DNA of 64,000 nucleotides from Neodothiora populina (Eukaryota), in the NCBI RefSeq assembly GCF_041146345.1, contig NW_027191417.1:558001-622000 (forward strand), given 5' to 3'. The position numbers and the translations under genes are program-made. Shown here in pieces: positions 61,375 to 64,000 of this stretch; within the stretch, counting starts at the first letter, position 1; each line of letters begins with the position of its first letter. The notes below the pieces were generated by a model that worked only from the letters and a program-made list of their open reading frames with translations, was not told the DNA's origin and ran no database searches.

Positions 61375-64000
61375 TCACGCACGCTGCTGTCTCCGCTTAG
61401 GGTTCGTCTGCTTCTTCTTCGACGAGGAAGACTTGCTCTGCTCGCCGTTGATGTACTTGACGAGATCGTCAATGCTTCGCTGGCCCATGCCGTTGTTGCT
61501 GTTGTGCACGTCGGTCGTGGGCGTCATGGCCTCGGCGGCGCTCTGTCCGACCTGAGGCTGGGGTCTGGCTCCCATTGCGACGCGAGGGGCGCGAGGTCGG
61601 AGGAGGAGCTTGCGCTCTTGTATCGTCTTCGCGTGCTTGGCCAGGGAGACTGCGCTCTGCGTCAGCGACTCGAGCCATGCTTCGGCTTCCTTGGTGTTGC
61701 GGTCCTCCGGTCCGAGCTCGGCCTTGAAGATGTTGAAGGCTTCGCGCATCTTGTTGACCGCGCCCTTGGAGTCGCGGTCGAGCGCGAGCGCCTGGGCGAG
61801 CTGGAACAGAAGTGTCGCCGTGTTGACCGACTGCTTGCCGGAAACCTCCTCGGAGATGGCGAGAGAGGCCTCGAACCACTGTCGTGATTCGTGGTACTGC
61901 TTGAGACTCTGAAGCATCACCGCTGCGTTGTTGATGGTAGTGATGGAGTCGGGGTGCTTGAGACCATACACCACCTTCCAGAGGTCAAGCGCGTGGCGGA
62001 CGTAGGAAAGTGCGTTCTTGGTGTTGCCGCTTGCGTGCTCGAACAGACTCAGGTTGAGGTAGCTCAGAACAGTCTCGGCGTGATCAACACCAAGAGTCCG
62101 CTCAGAGATGATAACTGCTTTGCGAGCCAGCTCGACGGCAGCACTCTTCTCGTCGAGACCATAGTACAGAGTCGACAAGGCATAGTAAACACGCGCCACT
62201 TCAGGGTGCAAGATGCCGTAGATCTGCTCGTGAAGCGAAAGCGACTCGAGCAAAAGCTCTTGGCCAAGATCCTTCTGGTCTTGTGCGAGCGAGATACGAC
62301 CGGCTTCGAGGGCCTCCTCGGCCAGCACACTGCGCGGCGATGCCTCCTTGACGATTGGGACAATGTTGAGCACGTTGTCTGGGTGGAAGGTCTGCACTGG
62401 ACCAGCGACTGAAGCAGCACGAGCGGGCGAGTGGTCTGCGTGCTTCTTGCCCTTCTTCTTCTTGCTGCCACTCGACTCGCCGTTGGTGGCAGGGACTGGC
62501 AAAGAAGCAGTCGAGGAGGAAGTGGAAACGGAGGCGGCCTCGGTGAAAGCGTAGTCCTTGGCCTCGAGTTGGAAACCAAGCTTAAGGCACACATCACGCA
62601 GCAATTGCAACTGCTTGCCGCTCTCGATCCACTTGCCGTCAAGGTCGAATCTGAATCGTAGCTTGACTTGGCGGGTGATGTCAGCCTTGATGGCTTCAGG
62701 GGTAATCTGCTCCCAGCTAAAGTCCTCCTCAGGGTACAACTTCTTGAGCGCTGAGTCAGTCTCGGCGGTAGGCTTGGCATTCAGCTCAGCGCCAAGAAGA
62801 CAGTTCAGGAGGTGAGCAATGCATGCCTGAGCAAACACGGGCGACAAGTACTTCAGAGGCTTGCTGACAACATGCTTGAAAGCTCTGGCGATCATTTCCT
62901 GGGTGGACAGCTGCTTGAGTGCTTGGAGACGAGGGTCGTCCTTGTCGGCGAGACGAGTAATGTCTCCGAGGTATCTCAAGTTGATACCACGCTTGTGCAA
63001 CAGGCTGGTCAGAGACTGGCCATCCATGGGGAAACCAACGTCTCCCTCTTGCAAGTCAGAGATCTGCAGATCGGTTAGCTCAGCTCATCCATACGCTGTG
63101 TCTACATTAGACTGTACCATCTTAGGGATAACCTCGCCGGTCAGATACTTGCAAGCTGCGAGCACTTCCTCCTCGTCCTTGGCCCACTCGGCCTTCTCCT
63201 CCTGGGATTGTGGTCTTTGTCCGCAGTAAACATCGGGGTTCAGAGAGAAGTGGAAGGCGGAAACATCGACGCGCTCTTGTTCGGGCTCCTTCTTTTCGGC
63301 ACCGTTGGTCCCTGCGACCTCGCCGGAGGTAGACTCGCCGTTCGGCTTTTCAGCCTCTGCCTCTGCCTTGCGAGCCTCGCGACGCTTAGTGACCTCTGCC
63401 TGAACGTATTCGCGCAGCTTCAGTCTCCAGTAGGACTCGACGAGTTCGGGGCGGAGCACGGCCATTCTGTGCGGGTAGGTGTCCTCGTGAACAACACCGT
63501 CCTTGCGGTGCTCTTGCAGCCATGCTACATCCAGAGGAGTAATGCGGTACAAGTCAAGAACGTACTTGCGACCGTCAGTGCCGAGAAGACCCTTGGTCTC
63601 CACGCTGCCCTCCAGGTCGTGTCTGACATTCTCCTTGTCCCAGACAGGATGACTCTTGACGCGCACTGCCTTGGAGAGCTCGGCGAACGGTGCCTTGAAA
63701 CCTTCGTGCTCGGCAATGACGTCCTTGCCCTCAACACCGCCGTAGTCGATCTGGTGCTCGCCGGGTTCGCGCTGCTTGAAGATTCCAGGAACAATGCTCT
63801 GACCCACAAGACGCTTACCAAGGTAATCAACAACGACAGTTCCAGGAGTGAAGAGTCCATTGATGTCGAGCTGGTTGACCGCCTTGACACCCAATACATC
63901 CTTTCCGGTGGCAACACGGGCAGCCTCGTCACCTCCGTCAGCAGCGAAAGTACCGACACCGTCAGCACCGAAAGAATAAAAGACGTTGTTGTACACGTAG
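61375..64000 (-). CDS. CLU1: Clustered mitochondria protein (Clu1/Tif31), 3' part; the start lies beyond the window end
   Basis: VVDYLGKRLVGQSIVPGI, IDYGGVEG, VETKGLLGTDGRKYVLDLYRITPLD, YPHRMAVLRPEL, LHKRGINLRYLG, TPR region and SIDDLVKYING. Intron at 63064-63117. Confidence 0.97.

Noticed and set aside
1..64000. tRNA, rRNA, snRNA, telomerase template, transposons, CRISPR arrays
   Set aside because: No diagnostic motifs seen by eye; covariance-model and repeat searches would be needed to exclude them formally

Overview
Eukaryotic DNA from a filamentous ascomycete (short GT-AG introns with CTRAC branch points; probably a Dothideomycete, which is an inference). It is a gene-dense core-genome segment with about 21 protein-coding genes, spliced by hand from the sequence. 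In order: cytochrome P450 (partial), TPR-DnaJ co-chaperone, HUT1, an RBR E3 ligase, CYS4, SRP102, an Ndt80/PhoG transcription factor behind a ~6.3 kb gene-free region, ARG2, a four-gene catabolic neighbourhood (beta-hydroxyacid dehydrogenase, two divergent amidohydrolases, L-galactonate dehydratase), a GH71 alpha-1,3-glucanase, a hypothetical protein, BIO2, a 10-intron GH3 beta-glucosidase, KRI1, SIP3/LAM1, an uncharacterised membrane protein, a ferric reductase and CLU1 (partial). I recognised no transposon, rRNA, tRNA or CRISPR. The most notable observations are a degenerate bromodomain-like module inserted inside the IBR zinc finger of the RBR ligase, a GARE plus palindromic CreA promoter module, a possible sugar-acid/aromatic-acid catabolic cluster, a GC-AG intron, a 7-nt microexon, an overlapping HapX/SreA-like element and an overlapping uORF on ARG2. 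Family assignments rest on motif recognition, not database searches.
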